The position numbers and the translations under genes were made by a program. Of a stretch of 35,904 nt of DNA, positions 18,757-26,340 are shown in pieces. The stretch lies in assembly GCA_012523875.1 (NCBI GenBank), contig JAAYSW010000139.1, positions 1-35,904 on the forward strand, in the 5' to 3' direction. A model generated the notes under the pieces. That model was given only the letters and a program-made list of their open reading frames with translations, was not told the DNA's origin and searched no databases. The stretch comes from Clostridiales bacterium (GTDB taxonomy: Bacteria; Bacillota; Clostridia; Oscillospirales; Ruminococcaceae). Each line of letters starts with the position of its first letter. Within the stretch, counting starts at the first letter, position 1.

Positions 18757-20145
18757 CTAATCAATCAATTCACCTATTACTGCCCAGTTTTTTGATTCAG
18801 TAATCTTAACTTTCACAAACTTACCTACCAGCTCTTTTGGAGCTTTAAATTCAACAATAATAAATTCATTGCTTTTGCCATGAACCCAACCATCAGTGCT
18901 TTTACACTCATCATCTACTAGAACCGTCATCGTTCTTCCAATAAAACGCTTATATCTTTCAATAGCAATTTCTCTTTGCAATGCTAAGAGAGTCCGCATA
19001 CGCTTGCTTTTTTCTTCATAACTTATACTATCATCAATCGACGCTGCCTCTGTACCACTTCTTTTTGAATATATAAAAGTATAGACATTATCATATCCTA
19101 CACGTCTTAATATATTTAAAGTTGCGTTAAATTGTTCTTCTGTTTCGTTTGGAAATCCCACAATAATATCAGTAGTAAACGAAAAATCAGGTGCTTGCTG
19201 TCTTGCATAATCCACAATCTCCAAATATTTTTCTATCGTGTATTTCCTATTCATTACCTTTAATATTTCATTATCCCCGCTTTGAACAGGTAAGTGCATA
19301 TGCTTTGCAATCTTTTCGCATTGAATTATCGTGTCAATTAACTCAAAACTTGCATCCTTAGGATGTGGCGACATAAATCTTATCACAAATTCACCATCAA
19401 TTTTATTAAGTTCTCGCAATAATTCAGAAAAACTGATACCATCCGATAAATCATTGCCATATGAGTTTACATTTTGCCCTAAAAGCATAATTTCCTTATA
19501 TCCATCTTCCACCAACTTAGTAACCTCAGCAATAATTGCATTGTGGTTTCGACTGCGTTCCCTCCCCCTAACATACGGTACAATACAGTATGTACAGAAA
19601 TTGTTGCAACCATACATAATTGGCACGGAAGCCTTAAAATGGCTATCCCTCACTATTTCCATTTGCTCAGAAATGGGTTTATTATATTCAGTTGTATCAA
19701 ATGCACGCTTTTTGCCATTAAAAATATCTAGTAATAATTTAGGCAATTCATCCAAAGCCGATGTTCCAAAAACTATATCTATAAATGAATATGATTTTTT
19801 TATTCGCTCTACAACATGGTCTTCATTAGCCATACATCCACATAAACCTATTATTAAGCTAGGATTTTTCTCTTTAAGATGCTTAACAGAACCGATTATA
19901 CCAAAAGCTTTATCCTCAGCACTCTCCCTAACAGCACAGGTATTAAAAATGATAATATCTGCACTATCAAAGCTTTCAGTAAATCCAAATCCCATCGTCA
20001 TCAATATACCTTTTATCTTTTCACCATCAGAAAAATTCAGCTGACACCCAAAACTGTGGACACAAGCAAGAGGAGGGCTGTCCTTACTCTCAGTGAATTT
20101 TCTAACAGACTTAATTAAATCTTCCATATAATTTGTTGTTTTCAA
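18757..20145 (-). CDS. miaB: tRNA-i6A37 methylthiotransferase MiaB (radical SAM)
   Basis: It has the N-terminal MTTase cluster (GCQLN...NTCAVRE...GCM), the radical-SAM motif CNNFCTYC, and a C-terminal TRAM domain. The TTG start lies 5 nt after GGGAGG. Confidence 0.93.
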   Translation of the reverse strand: MKTTNYMEDLIKSVRKFTESKDSPPLACVHSFGCQLNFSDGEKIKGILMTMGFGFTESFDSADIIIFNTCAVRESAEDKAFGIIGSVKHLKEKNPSLIIGLCGCMANEDHVVERIKKSYSFIDIVFGTSALDELPKLLLDIFNGKKRAFDTTEYNKPISEQMEIVRDSHFKASVPIMYGCNNFCTYCIVPYVRGRERSRNHNAIIAEVTKLVEDGYKEIMLLGQNVNSYGNDLSDGISFSELLRELNKIDGEFVIRFMSPHPKDASFELIDTIIQCEKIAKHMHLPVQSGDNEILKVMNRKYTIEKYLEIVDYARQQAPDFSFTTDIIVGFPNETEEQFNATLNILRRVGYDNVYTFIYSKRSGTEAASIDDSISYEEKSKRMRTLLALQREIAIERYKRFIGRTMTVLVDDECKSTDGWVHGKSNEFIIVEFKAPKELVGKFVKVKITESKNWAVIGELID

Positions 20146-20173
20146 ATAATCCTCCCAATTTTATAATATTTTT

Positions 20174-20202
20174 ATTATAACATAGCTTATATATTTTTAC
20201 AA
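20174..20202 (-). promoter_or_regulatory. Sigma-A-type promoter for miaB and downstream genes
   Basis: The minus strand reads TTGTAA, a 17-nt spacer, then TATAAT preceded by TGt (extended -10). Confidence 0.5.
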
Positions 20203-20331
20203 GATTTTTTTCTTTCCCCCATTTTTTTATAAAGGCAAATATAAATTATAATAAAGAATGTACTAAAAAACTTTAGGTAAATAATGAAATTACGTTGTTA
20301 TCAACAAATAAAAATTATTTTTAAAAAACTA

Positions 20332-20360
20332 TTGACATTTCTTTTGAAGTATGATAGAAT
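20332..20360 (+). promoter_or_regulatory. Sigma-A-type promoter of the tRNA cluster
   Basis: It reads TTGACA, a 17-nt spacer, then TAGAAT preceded by TGa, with an A/T-rich UP-like tract upstream. It lies about 80 nt before tRNA-Gly. Confidence 0.6.
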
Positions 20361-20442
20361 ATATATCGTTGAAGAAAACAATACGTTAATAATTCAAAAT
20401 GTTTATAGGCAAATTAAATCTATTAACATACAATTTAAAATT

Positions 20443-20516
<74 letters not shown>

Positions 20517-20567
20517 AATGCTTTTAAGCATCCACCCCCTATTATTTTTGGGGGTACATTTATGAAT

Positions 20568-20644
20568 GCGCCTTTAACTCAGTTGGATAGAGTAACTGCC
20601 TTCTAAGCAGTAAGCCATTGGTTCGAGTCCAATAAGGCGCACCA
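20568..20644 (+). tRNA. tRNA-Arg (anticodon TCT), CCA encoded
   Basis: Acceptor GCGCCTT pairs with AAGGCGC. The D stem is ACTC/GAGT. The anticodon stem ACTGC/GCAGT has loop CTTCTAA. The T-arm is ATTGG-TTCGAGT-CCAAT. Confidence 0.9.
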
Positions 20645-20659
20645 AATTTAATTTAATAT

Positions 20660-20737
20660 GGTGGGTATAGCGTAGTTGGTTAACGCGTCAGTTTGTGGCA
20701 CTGAAGACCATGGGTTCGAATCCCATTATCCACCCCA
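20660..20737 (+). tRNA. tRNA-His (anticodon GTG) with encoded G-1, CCA encoded
   Basis: An extra 5' G pairs with the discriminator C. The anticodon stem TCAGT/ACTGA has loop TTGTGGC. The T-arm is ATGGG-TTCGAAT-CCCAT. Confidence 0.9.
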
Positions 20738-20743
20738 TAAATT

Positions 20744-20783
20744 GCTCTTGAACATATTTATATTGTTCAAGAGCTTTTATTTT
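20744..20783 (+). terminator. Rho-independent terminator of the tRNA cluster
   Basis: GCTCTTGAACA (20744-20754) pairs with TGTTCAAGAGC (20764-20774), an 11-bp perfect stem. It is followed by TTTTATTTT. Confidence 0.85.
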
Positions 20784-20840
20784 AGGCTAATATACAATCA
20801 TTAATATTATTTTAAATAGCTATTATCTTTCAATATTATA

Positions 20841-20869
20841 TTGACTAAGCCGAACAAATTTGTTATATT
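20841..20869 (+). promoter_or_regulatory. Sigma-A-type promoter for the NusG_II / Gx / ApbE operon
   Basis: It reads TTGACT, a 17-nt spacer, then TATATT preceded by TGt. It lies about 65 nt upstream of the TTG start at 20935. Confidence 0.55.
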
Positions 20870-20934
20870 GATTATATTGAAGCTAATTTTATCACAATCA
20901 AGATTTATATTTTTCTATAATTGGAGTTGATACC

Positions 20935-21324
20935 TTGAAGTTTATAAAGAAAACAGATATATTTATTATTTTAATTGTGATTATAATTAGTTTTGTTGGT
21001 TTTTTTATATTTAAAATTATTCTTTCTAATAAACCTGCTAAAGCTGAAATATACTATAAATCGGAGTTGGTAATGGTGGTTGATTTGACTGAAACTAGAG
21101 AAAAAACCTTCTCAATACCTCAAAATAATAATGTTGTATTTCATGTATTTACCGATGGGAGCATTTGTTTTTCTGAATCGGATTGCCCCGATAAAATTTG
21201 CATTCGTACAGGAAAGCTTAATACAATCGGCGAAAGTGCAGCCTGTCTGCCGAATGAAATAATATTAAAAATAGTCCCATATGATAAAGAAAATAAAAAT
21301 GATATCGACTTAATTGCTAGTTAG
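20935..21324 (+). CDS. NusG-domain-II-like (DUF1312-type) membrane-anchored protein
   Basis: It has an N-terminal TM segment (IFIILIVIIISFVGFFIF) followed by a small beta domain with CPDKICIRTGKL...GESAACLPNEIILKI. That signature is typical of the NusG_II family found next to Gx transporters. The TTG start has GGAG 8 nt upstream. Confidence 0.7.
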   Translation: MKFIKKTDIFIILIVIIISFVGFFIFKIILSNKPAKAEIYYKSELVMVVDLTETREKTFSIPQNNNVVFHVFTDGSICFSESDCPDKICIRTGKLNTIGESAACLPNEIILKIVPYDKENKNDIDLIAS

Positions 21325-21334
21325 AAAGGTTTTT

Positions 21335-21874
21335 ATGGCTAAAAAAAAACAAGCAGAAAGTTCAAATTTTAATAAAACAAAACGTTTAGCTTTAACAGGT
21401 TTACTTTTCGCTATTGCCCTTATGCTTTCATTAGTTGAAAGTTCCTTGCCCCCATTAATAATTACCATTCCTGGTATTAAAATTGGACTTTCAAATATTA
21501 TTGTTATGTACTCCTTATTTTTTTTAGGAAAAAGAGAGGCATATATGATAGCTATCCTCAAGGCAATCTTTGTGTTCGTTATACGAGGACCTATTTCGGC
21601 TATTCTAAGCTTATGTGGTGGGGTATTATCAGTGAGTATAATGTTAATGCTTATGTTAATTCTTAGGGAAAAGGTATCCTATCTAATCATTAGCATAACA
21701 GGTGCAGTTTTTCACAATATAGGTCAGTTAATTACAGTAAGTATCATATATGTAAACATTTATACCCTCGCCTTTCTCCCAGCATTGTTGATTTCTGCAG
21801 TTATTTCTGGAAGTTTAACTACGGTTTTATTAAGGCTTGCCCTGCCTGCTTTTAATCAATTTAGAGCAAAATAA
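21335..21874 (+). CDS. Gx transporter family protein (Pfam 'heptaprenyl diphosphate synthase component I'-like integral membrane protein)
   Basis: It has five to six predicted TM segments and the family motif IPGIKIGLSNI. I prefer the ATG at 21335, after GAAAGG, to the track's upstream TTG at 21314. Confidence 0.7.
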   Translation: MAKKKQAESSNFNKTKRLALTGLLFAIALMLSLVESSLPPLIITIPGIKIGLSNIIVMYSLFFLGKREAYMIAILKAIFVFVIRGPISAILSLCGGVLSVSIMLMLMLILREKVSYLIISITGAVFHNIGQLITVSIIYVNIYTLAFLPALLISAVISGSLTTVLLRLALPAFNQFRAK

Positions 21875-21897
21875 TTTAATGATTAAGGGGTGGTATA

Positions 21898-22974
21898 TTG
21901 CTATCCTTCTTCTTTGAGGTGAGATGTTTGAGTAAAAGAATAGTTTCAATATTTATTATAATTATTATTAATTGCAATCTAATCGCTTGCGATGCAAATA
22001 AAAAACAACGACATGAGATTGAGTTTTTTATGCTATTTGATACTGTTACACAAGTTGTTGCATATACCGAAACTAAAGAGGAATTCGATAATCTTTCTAG
22101 TATTATTTATAATAGCCTAAAAGAATACCACGAACTTTTTGATATTTATAATAATTATGAAAATTTAAATAATCTTAAAACTATTAATGATAATGCAGGG
22201 ATTGCAGCTGTAAAAGTGAATAGGGAAATTATAGATTTGCTCAATTTTGCAAAACAGGAATATGAAAATAGTGATGGTTTATGCAATATTGCTTTGGGTT
22301 CTGTACTGAGAATCTGGCATGAATATCGTGAATATGGAATTGAGTTCCCAGAAAGCTCATCCCTGCCCACCATGGAAGAACTTAAATTTGCTGCACAACA
22401 TACGGATATAAATAATATAATAATTGATGAAAAATCATCAACTGTTTATCTCGCAGATGCTCAAATGAGTCTTGATGTTGGTGCCATTGCAAAAGGATTT
22501 GCCACAGAACGTGTTTGCCAACTTGCAATTAAAAAGGGCGTTACCTCAGCTCTTGTTAGCGTTGGGGGAAATGTCCGTGCAATTGGTAGCAAATATAGAA
22601 ATGGTGAACCTTGGAATGTAGGAATACAAAATCCAAACAAGGAGCATTCTAAGAAGATAATTTATACAACCCTTTTGGATAATAAATCACTTGTAACAAG
22701 TGGTGATTATCAAAGATATTATATAGTTGATGGTAAAAGATATGGTCATGTAATTGACCCCAAAACCCTAATGCCAGCAGAAAACTTTAAATCTGTCACC
22801 ATAATATGTGAGGATTCAGCAAAAGCCGATTCACTTTCTACCATTGTTTATAATATGCCTTTTGAGGAGGGATTTAGATATATTAACGATATTCCAGATA
22901 CTGAAGCAATTTGGGTGTTGCAAGATGATACAATAAAATGTAGCGATAATTTTGAGGATTACATAATGAAATAA
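21898..22974 (+). CDS. apbE: FAD:protein FMN transferase (ApbE/Ftp) lipoprotein
   Basis: The signal peptide ends in a lipobox (NLIAC). ApbE motifs are present: DVGAIAKGFA, TSGDYQRY, HVIDPKT, and the C-terminal AKADSLST. The start is ambiguous between TTG 21898 and TTG 21928; both have SDs. Confidence 0.88.
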   Translation: MLSFFFEVRCLSKRIVSIFIIIIINCNLIACDANKKQRHEIEFFMLFDTVTQVVAYTETKEEFDNLSSIIYNSLKEYHELFDIYNNYENLNNLKTINDNAGIAAVKVNREIIDLLNFAKQEYENSDGLCNIALGSVLRIWHEYREYGIEFPESSSLPTMEELKFAAQHTDINNIIIDEKSSTVYLADAQMSLDVGAIAKGFATERVCQLAIKKGVTSALVSVGGNVRAIGSKYRNGEPWNVGIQNPNKEHSKKIIYTTLLDNKSLVTSGDYQRYYIVDGKRYGHVIDPKTLMPAENFKSVTIICEDSAKADSLSTIVYNMPFEEGFRYINDIPDTEAIWVLQDDTIKCSDNFEDYIMK

Positions 22975-22977
22975 AAT

Positions 22978-23021
22978 GGGGATACTGATATAAACAACTT
23001 TTGCTTAATATCAGTATTCCC
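22978..23021. terminator. Bidirectional hairpin between the convergent apbE and clpE-like genes
   Basis: GGGGATACTGATA (22978-22990) pairs with TATCAGTATTCCC (23009-23021). The stem is 13 bp with one G-T, and the loop is 18 nt. Confidence 0.6.
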
Positions 23022-23030
23022 TTATTCTTA

Positions 23031-25328
23031 TTATTTCGCTGTAACAACTAATTCTTCCTCATCAGCTGTTATTAGTATTTCAGATATTTCACCCATCTTA
23101 TCCAAAATAATCTTAGCAACCTTATCTTCAACTTCCTTACGAATTACTCTCCTAATATCTCTTGCTCCAAACTTTTTATCATAGGATTTATCAGCAATCC
23201 TTGTAAGTGCCTTATCATCATAGCTTATTTTTATATCCTTCTCTGCTAATGGCTCCTTCATTTCATCAATCATCAATGCTGCAATTTTTGCGTAGCTTTC
23301 CTTAGATAATGGGTTAAACACTACAACTTCATCCACCCTACTCAAAAATTCAGGTCTTAGGAAATCTGATAGCCCTTTCATCGCTTTATCGGATGAAATT
23401 TCGTCAATAGTCCTATTAAATCCTACACCAACACTCTTATCAGTTGAACCAGCATTTGATGTCATTACAATCACAGTATTTTCAAAGCTTACATTTCTTC
23501 CCTGTGCGTCTGTAATTCTACCCTCATCTAAAATTTGTAAAAGAATATTCATTACATCTGGATGTGCTTTTTCAATCTCATCAAATAAAATTACGGAATA
23601 TGGTCTTCTTCTAACCTTTTCTGTAAGCTGCCCTGCCTCATCATAACCAACATATCCAGGTGGTGAACCTATAATTCTTGATACTGCGTGTTTTTCCATA
23701 AACTCCGACATATCTAATCGAATTAGAGGGTCTGTTGAGTCAAATAACTCTGTTGCAAGCACCTTTACAAGTTCTGTTTTACCTACTCCTGTGGGGCCAA
23801 CGAAAATAAATGATGCAGGACGGCGACGCATTGAAAGTTGTACCCTTGTGCGTTTTATTGCATTTGATAATAACTCGATTGCTTCGTCCTGTCCAATCAC
23901 TCTCTCTTTAAGCTTATCCTCTAAGTTCGCTATTTTAACAAATTCTGTTTCTGCTATCTTATTTGCAGGAATACCAGTCCAAAGTTCAATAACCTTCGCC
24001 AAATCATTTTCTGTAACCTTAATATTTTTAACCTTTGGCTCTAGCTCTTCAATAGTGTTTTTTACTCTAATTATATCAGCCTTTATTTCTGCAAGTGATT
24101 TGTAGTCAGGTTCTTCCTGCTCCTCTATAACCTTCTCCATTTCTTCAAGGGTTTCAAGTTTCCTAGTTGCCTGCTCATATTCAGCAATTTCAGGGCTTCT
24201 TATATTAGTGCAGGCACAGCTTTCATCTAAAAGATCAATTGCTTTATCAGGAAGGAAGCGGTCATTAATATATCTTTCAGATAAAACTACACACATTCTT
24301 ATCAGTTCGTCACTAATCTTAACTTTATGGTAATCCTCATAATAGCGTTTAATCCCCTTTAACACATCAACTGCATCCTCAATTGTTGATTCATTAACAA
24401 CAACAGGTTGAAAACGTCTTTCAAGGGCACTATCCTTTTCAATAAACTTACGATATTCAACGAAAGTGGTTGCACCAATTACCTGTATCTCTCCCCTTGA
24501 TAATGCAGGCTTTAAAATGTTTGCTGCATTCATTGAACCTTCAGAATCGCCCGTTCCTATAAGATTATGTACCTCATCAATGAATAGTATAATATTCCCC
24601 TCGGATTTAACCTCATTAATTAAACCTTTAACTCTACTCTCAAACTGCCCCCTAAACTGAGTTCCTGCAACAAGTGCAGTCAAATCAAGTAAATATATTT
24701 TCTTATTTATTAAGTTAAACGGAACATCTTCAGATTCAATTCGCTGTGCAATCCCCTCCGCAATCGCCGTTTTACCGACTCCTGGTTCACCGATAAGGCA
24801 GGGGTTGTTTTTTGTTCTACGGGATAAAATCTGTACAACTCTTGATATTTCCTTATCCCTTCCTATTACATTATCAAGCTTATCTTCCCTAGCCCTTTGG
24901 CTTAAATTCGTGCAATAATTATCCAAGAATTTAAACTGCTTTTCTTTTGGTGCATTATTCTTAGGCTTAGTTTTATCCTGTTTTTTATCTTTCTTTATAT
25001 AATCATTTTTAAAGTCATCAGGATTAGAATTTTCATCCTTACCAAAATTCTTCTCTAATCCACCAAGCATATTTTGAATAAATGGTGGTAATGTATTTGA
25101 ACCGCCAAATTCAAAGCCATCTCCATCCTCAATATCCATCAACTGCTCAGACATTTGCTCTATATCATCATCTGTAATGCCCATTTGGCTCATATAATCA
25201 GCAACCTGAGGGATATTTAAGTCCCTTGCACAAATCATACAAAGTCCTTCATTTTTCTTTTCTTCACCTTGTACTGCTGTAATAAAAACAACTGCTGGTC
25301 TTTTTTTGCATCTACTGCATAATATCAT
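23031..25328 (-). CDS. clpE: Class I Clp/Hsp100 AAA+ ATPase, ClpE type (N-terminal zinc ribbon instead of Clp_N repeats)
   Basis: The N-terminus has C4-x2-C7-x22-C30-x2-C33. There are two Walker A motifs (GEPGVGKT, GPTGVGKT), a short coiled-coil middle domain, and a putative ClpP-docking VGF loop (SVGVGFN). ATG follows GGAGGA. Confidence 0.85.
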   Translation of the reverse strand: MILCSRCKKRPAVVFITAVQGEEKKNEGLCMICARDLNIPQVADYMSQMGITDDDIEQMSEQLMDIEDGDGFEFGGSNTLPPFIQNMLGGLEKNFGKDENSNPDDFKNDYIKKDKKQDKTKPKNNAPKEKQFKFLDNYCTNLSQRAREDKLDNVIGRDKEISRVVQILSRRTKNNPCLIGEPGVGKTAIAEGIAQRIESEDVPFNLINKKIYLLDLTALVAGTQFRGQFESRVKGLINEVKSEGNIILFIDEVHNLIGTGDSEGSMNAANILKPALSRGEIQVIGATTFVEYRKFIEKDSALERRFQPVVVNESTIEDAVDVLKGIKRYYEDYHKVKISDELIRMCVVLSERYINDRFLPDKAIDLLDESCACTNIRSPEIAEYEQATRKLETLEEMEKVIEEQEEPDYKSLAEIKADIIRVKNTIEELEPKVKNIKVTENDLAKVIELWTGIPANKIAETEFVKIANLEDKLKERVIGQDEAIELLSNAIKRTRVQLSMRRRPASFIFVGPTGVGKTELVKVLATELFDSTDPLIRLDMSEFMEKHAVSRIIGSPPGYVGYDEAGQLTEKVRRRPYSVILFDEIEKAHPDVMNILLQILDEGRITDAQGRNVSFENTVIVMTSNAGSTDKSVGVGFNRTIDEISSDKAMKGLSDFLRPEFLSRVDEVVVFNPLSKESYAKIAALMIDEMKEPLAEKDIKISYDDKALTRIADKSYDKKFGARDIRRVIRKEVEDKVAKIILDKMGEISEILITADEEELVVTAK

Positions 25329-25351
25329 TTTAATTCCTCCATTTTAAAGAT

Positions 25352-25372
25352 TACAGAAGATAATCTTCTGTA
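25352..25372 (-). terminator. Weak hairpin terminator after the CvpA-like gene
   Basis: TACAGAAGA pairs with TCTTCTGTA (9-bp stem, 3-nt loop). The U-tract on the minus strand is poor (AATCTTTAAAA). Confidence 0.35.
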
Positions 25373-25406
25373 TGTGTAAATCACAGGATATTTCTTAATT
25401 CATAGT

Positions 25407-26321
25407 TTAAACGGGATAGCTGTACCCCATTATTTTTAAGTTGTAGAACAGTCTGAAAATTTTTGTCCTTTCAATTGTATCATTATTGAAAAATACCAAA
25501 GTACCATCACTGATTGTAATCAAAAGCTTAACTAAAAACACAACTAAAATTATAAATATCATAGCTTCAACGAAGCCAATTATGCCTCCTAATAATCCAT
25601 CATATTTACTTACTCCAGCTGATGTAGCTATCTTATCTAGCCTCACTAAAACTATACTAAGCACCACACTACAAATAGTAAATAAAATCAAAAAAACAAC
25701 AATCCGTATAACATTTACTGTTACTGGTTTTAAATAATTTGCCTCAATAAAGTTTGCTGATTCACTAGGGGAACTAGCAAGAACCTTCACTGTATCTGAA
25801 AATAATTCTTTATTTTTAGTTGTAGTTTCAGCAACACTCCTTGCTACAAAACTAGGTATCTCATCACCTAATCTACTTGTAATACGATTGCTTATATTGT
25901 TTTCAAGGCTATCCTTAAATCCATTATCTCTAGTAATCCCCTGTCCAGCCTTAGCTCGTATCAACCCCATAATCTGTTCATCAGCTGTTAAATCGCTTGT
26001 GCTACTGAGTATCTCATTTATCTCCTGTTCGCTGATTTCTACACCAAAATTACTTTGGTCGATAATGTTCTTTATTTCTCTTTCAATCCGGAAGTTTGTA
26101 ACAGTTGACTCAACAGCTTCGATACTCTTTTCCCTAATATGTCTGTCATAAATCTTGTTGCTTATTAGGCTGCTTATCGGTAATGATAATGAAACTGCAA
26201 TTGCATATGTAGCAATTAACATAATCGATTTAACAAAACCTTTTTTTGCATTCCTATATATAAGGCCAAATATAAGTGTGATTATTATCGCATCATAAAA
26301 CCACCAGAAACTACTTCCCAT
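25407..26321 (-). CDS. CvpA-family membrane protein with a large inserted soluble domain
   Basis: It has two N-terminal TM helices (FWWFYDAIIITLIFGLIY, SIMLIATYAIAVSLSLPI). A hydrophilic insert of about 140 aa follows, then two C-terminal TM helices. AAGGTGG lies 7 nt before the ATG. Confidence 0.6.
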   Translation of the reverse strand: MGSSFWWFYDAIIITLIFGLIYRNAKKGFVKSIMLIATYAIAVSLSLPISSLISNKIYDRHIREKSIEAVESTVTNFRIEREIKNIIDQSNFGVEISEQEINEILSSTSDLTADEQIMGLIRAKAGQGITRDNGFKDSLENNISNRITSRLGDEIPSFVARSVAETTTKNKELFSDTVKVLASSPSESANFIEANYLKPVTVNVIRIVVFLILFTICSVVLSIVLVRLDKIATSAGVSKYDGLLGGIIGFVEAMIFIILVVFLVKLLITISDGTLVFFNNDTIERTKIFRLFYNLKIMGYSYPV

Positions 26322-26340
26322 TTTTAAACCACCTTATGTT

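Noticed and set aside
19331-20044. 237-aa plus-strand ORF, strikingly long for AT-rich DNA
   Set aside because: It lies entirely antisense to the well-supported miaB gene. It has no SD. Its S/L/I/P-rich composition is typical of the mirror frame of a real gene.
18325-20145. A radical-SAM enzyme followed by a small protein with a Cys-rich C-terminus, which could suggest a RiPP (sactipeptide/ranthipeptide-like) pair
   Set aside because: The radical-SAM gene is a canonical MiaB with MTTase and TRAM domains. The small protein is a full-length YmcA/YlbF fold in its conserved syntenic slot. There is no leader-peptide-like architecture, protease or exporter.
20738-20934. tRNA-His 3' flank as an integration site for a genomic island carrying the NusG_II/Gx/ApbE genes
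   Set aside because: I saw no integrase and no direct repeat of the tRNA 3' end downstream. The flank contains only a normal terminator and promoter.
21310-21561. 83-aa minus-strand ORF overlapping the start of the Gx transporter gene
   Set aside because: It is antisense to two well-supported plus-strand genes, has no SD, and has an implausible composition.
25329-25406. CtsR operator upstream of the ClpE-type gene
   Set aside because: There are no GGTCAAA heptad repeats on either strand.
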